In this document: positions 60,424-64,000 of the stretch, in pieces | How the letters are laid out: every line of letters begins with the position of its first letter | Numbering within the stretch: position 1 is the first letter of the stretch | Assembly: GCF_018350175.1 (NCBI RefSeq) | Contig: NC_058383.1 | Coordinates: forward strand, 25,360,001-25,424,000 | Length of the DNA: 64,000 nucleotides | Reading direction: 5' to 3' | Source: Felis catus | Taxonomy: Eukaryota | Translations under genes and position numbers: made by a program | The notes under the pieces: model-generated | Databases searched by the model: none | Seen by the model: only the letters and a program-made list of their open reading frames with translations | Told to the model about the DNA's origin: nothing

Positions 60424-60790
60424 TGTCATGAACTGAAATTAGGGTGAAATTCATATGTTGAAGCCCTAACCTCCAAAGTGACCATACTCGGAGATAAGGC
60501 TTTTTAAGGAGGTTAAAAGGTTAATAAGGTCATAAGGGTGGGGCCCTGATCCAACAGGAGTGATGTCTTTATAAGAGGACAAGACACCAGGAACACACAT
60601 GCACAGAGAAACGACCACATGAGGACACAGAAAGAAGGCAGTCTTCTGTAAGTCGCGAGAGGCCTCAAGAGAAGACAATGTACCAACATCTCAATCTTGG
60701 ATTTCTAGCCTCTAGAACTGTGAGAAAAACTATTGTTTCAGCCATACAGTCTGTGGTCTTTTTTTATGGCAGCCCAAGCAGATTAATAAA
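60424..60790 (+). mobile_element. MLT1A-like LTR
   Basis: aaattcatatgttgaagccctaacc..gaggtcataagggtggggccct-like core..ctagcctctagaactgtgaga..ggcagcccaagca. Confidence 0.88.
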
Positions 60791-61529
60791 TCTAGACATT
60801 TGGATGTTTATGTGAAATTTCCTCCTTCATACATGCTGTTCACTGTTTCAAAATTTAAAAGTAAACCTAAAAGATCTTTCTGTAGGCCAAACGGGACAGG
60901 TCTGTAAACTAAATACCAGATGTAGGTCTCTAGTGTATGATGTCAGGCCTTCTAGAAGTCACACATCCCTAGGAGGGCTTGCATTCCACTTCAGATCACC
61001 TGTACTCACCCAGAATCACTCACGTAGGACAGGTTAAGGGTAAGAGTTTTTGTCAGCTTCCTTTCACCCTGCCCCTATGCAACTCACTGGAGGGAAAAGG
61101 TTCTTTCTAAAGTGCTAATTTGATTATGCCACCCACTGCTTGAATCTTCCTGTAGCTCCCTAATGCTCTTGCAGTGAAGCCCTATCTCCTTACAGGACCT
61201 ATTTAGCCCTTCATGATCTGCCCTCTGGTCATCTCTCCACTAACTCTTCCCCACTCTGTGCACCAGCCTCAATGAACCTAACATGTCCCCTGAAGGAAAG
61301 GGAAATGTCTTCTCTCTTGTCTGGGCCTTCCTGCATGCATTCCTTCCTTCACTCCCTCTGGGATGGTTGCTTTCTACCCCTCCCTCTTCACCTAGCTACT
61401 TCCTACCTAAACTTGAAGCTTAAGTACCACCTCCACCAGGAAGCCCTCCTAGATTCCCTTACCTTGTTTCTGCCCATTCCACATTCCCATGCTTTGGGTA
61501 GCAGAGCCATGCTTTCTCTTTGAGGAAAA

Positions 61530-62100
61530 ATTACTTCTTCCCCATTGCACACACTGGAAAAATGGCTGGATATTTCTGCCATCTGTTTCCTCTTCCCTGG
61601 TACAAAAAAGAGACTATATTTCCAGCCTCCTTTGCTGTGAAACCATATGACTATGTTCTGTGGATGGGAGGAATAGGGAAATGATGAATGGCACCTCCAC
61701 GTATAGCCCCAAACCCTCAAGTGACCACCCACACTCTCTTTTCCCTTATATGGCAGTTACAAAGATCGGTGTTGAAGATGGCAAGGTCACATGATGGATG
61801 GCGTCAGTATCTCCAAGTAACTGCTTACATGAGAGCCACCAGGAGGGCTGCCTGATTTTCACCTGGACTGTGACATGAGTAAAAAATACACCTCTAGGGC
61901 TGCCTGGCTTGCTCAGTTGGTGGAGCATGCAACTCCTGATCTCGGGGTTATGAGTTTGAGCCCCACATTAGGTGTGGAGATTAAAAATAAAATCTTTAAA
62001 GTAAAAAGAAATAAACCTTTATTGTTTAAGCCACTGAGACTTAGAAGTGGACGAGGTCTTGGGGGGTTGTTACTATAGCAAGTCTGGCCTTTCCTGATTA
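61530..62100 (+). mobile_element. MLT1I/J-like LTR split by a short SINE
   Basis: actatatttccagcctcctttgc..catgagt[SINE]aaataaaccttt..taagccactgaga..gttactatagca. Confidence 0.7.
61897..62005 (+). mobile_element. Short tRNA-Lys-like Can-SINE lacking the CT tract
   Basis: gcctggcttgctcagttggtggagcatgcaactcctgatctcggggtt..gagccccac colinear with tRNA-Lys; degenerate TSD aaatacacctcta / aaataaaccttta. Confidence 0.85.
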
Positions 62101-62364
62101 ACAGTGCAAATGTCAATCAGAGCAACATGCCTCTCTCATTTGATCCAAGCCAGCTGAACTTTCTGAGGATGGAGAGAAATAAAAAACCATTGGTTCTGAT
62201 TCACAGCAACACTGGCCCTCTAGGTGTGTTCTGGCCACATCAGGAAATCCATGCCTGTATCCAGTCCATGATGCTATGATTCAACATGGCCATAGGGCTC
62301 CTTTACATTATCTCCTTTCCAAATTCATTTATGAGTCTTTAAAGGTGACAGGATAGAAATGAAC

Positions 62365-63260
62365 TCATGTAACCCAATGGTTAAGGATTTGGGATCTGGA
62401 GTCATATTGCCTCTATTTAAATCCAGTCCCCTAGCAAATGACCTTGATCATAACTCTCAAAACCCCAATTTCCTTATTGGTAACATGGGCCTAGTAACAG
62501 TCCCTAGTCTCAAGATTTAATAAATCAATATATGTAAATTACTTAGAACAGGGTGTGGCACAATTAATACAATGAAATGAGCTGTTATTGTTTTGTGCCA
62601 CATACTAACCATATTTCCCATTTAAGACTGTCATAAATACTATTATACTCTCCTGCGTGCAGAGGAGGAAACTGGGGCTCAGAAAGGTTATGTAACTGGC
62701 CCTGGATTAAGCAGCTTGTCAGGGAGGTAGCCAAGATTCCAAGCCATGTCTTTCTGCCCCATCCCTACTTCTTGGCTTCCCCAACACCAGCAGATAAGGG
62801 AAGCCAAGGTTTATTAAGCACCTATTAATGTTCCAGGAACCAAGCTTAATGCTTTTGAATATACGGTTCCAATTATCCCCCAACAGCCCTATGAAGTATG
62901 TCATATCACCCCCCCCCAACTTAGTGCATGAAGAAGCTGACTCTCAGCAAGGTTAATTAAATTGCTGAAGGTCATACTGCTAATAAGAGCAACCGGGCTT
63001 TGGATCCAGGTCAGTGTGACTCCAAAAGCTCATTCTACTGTGCCTGGCTACCTCTCACTATAATTAAAGCTATTTATTGGCTTGCATTTATGTCCCAAGC
63101 AAAGTGTAACTGTCACAGCTCCCTTTGAGGCAAGGCATGTCGTCCTCAGGAAACTGAGGCTTGATGGGCTAAATTCATCCATCACCCAAGTACACAGCTC
63201 TACTGAAGTAGCAGAGGCAGGACTGGAACTCAAATCTGCTCCTCCACAGTGTTTGCTCTT
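62365..63260. mobile_element. Cluster of MIR fragments
   Basis: atggttaagga..tctggagtca; gaggaaactggggctcagaaaggtt; gaggcaggactggaactcaaatctg. Confidence 0.75.
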
Positions 63261-64000
63261 TCCTGACACCAAGCTCTGGAGGCTAAAGGCTTCCTGCAAT
63301 GATGAAACATTTTCTCATCATTTTACTGGCCACATCATAGCTGTGACATATCGGCTCATTGATTTGGAGGCTTTTATTGTAATTCAGAATTCACAATACT
63401 TTGACCAAGAATGAAGTTTCTTTGCATGCTATAAAAAAGGACTGGGCTAGCAAATGAGGGGTGAAAATAAGATATTAGGCTCTTCTTGACACATGCAAGC
63501 CGTGTATTCTTACAAAAGCTCACACATCTGAAAACTGCATCCATTTGAGGAAACAGTCCCCAGAACTATTGGGAAGGACTTCAGGGAGCCAGCTTTGGTA
63601 GCTGATTAATGGTCTGAAGCTAGTGATATCAGGAGCTGGTGAGGCTGGTCAGGCTCTACCCCACAGATGAGAGATGCTGTCAACCCCTCAACCCCTTGTG
63701 AGGGTGGCAAAGCTAAGTCCCAGCTTGCCTCCTATCTGCTTCCCTGGGGGAGACCAGTTCCTCACAGCAGTCCCAGTGAGGGTCTTAATGAACTTTTGGG
63801 AATGTGATCTTTCCCACATAATAGATTAGTTAGAATCCTTTCTGTAAAGAGGCAAGGACAAATCACAAATGGTTAATGAAACAAAAGCAAAATTTGCAGT
63901 GAGATAAATCTTCTCTTGGACGTTCCAATTAGAAGAGCCAACAACGCCTCTGTCTAGAGAATGGAAACCTAAAGGTGCAGAAGGAAAGGCAGCCTGTGGC

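Noticed and set aside
61897..61975. Functional tRNA-Lys gene
   Set aside because: Mutated stems and anticodon region, A-rich tail and TSD; it is a SINE.

Overview
Mammalian, repeat-dense, apparently non-coding DNA from a felid, judged from cat-type tRNA-Lys-derived Can-SINEs and cat-type L1 3' UTRs. No host protein-coding exon can be supported. The window holds two co-oriented, near full-length but disabled L1 elements of one lineage (6155-13157 and 51764-58669), about 15 Can-SINEs, a 5'-truncated L1 of a second lineage, and many older eutherian repeats (MIR, L2, MLT/LTR16/LTR33, an ERV-L dUTPase remnant, MER5/20/33/58/91/104, a Kanga/Tc2 transposase remnant). Repeat family names come from recalled consensus sequences, not a database search. 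Main observations: (1) about 1 kb into the L1 5' UTR lies a YY1-NRF1-CTCF motif cassette whose YY1 site points antisense; it is intact and CpG-protected in copy 2 and decayed in copy 1; (2) downstream of it on the antisense strand is a strong-Kozak ATG, open for 237 codons in copy 1, reminiscent of primate L1 ORF0; (3) SINE-SINE-L1 are stacked at one repeatedly re-used target site; (4) several repair or template-switch scars: a local inverted duplication, an L1-filler/SINE chimera with a deletion, a fold-back templated duplication, and microhomology deletions.
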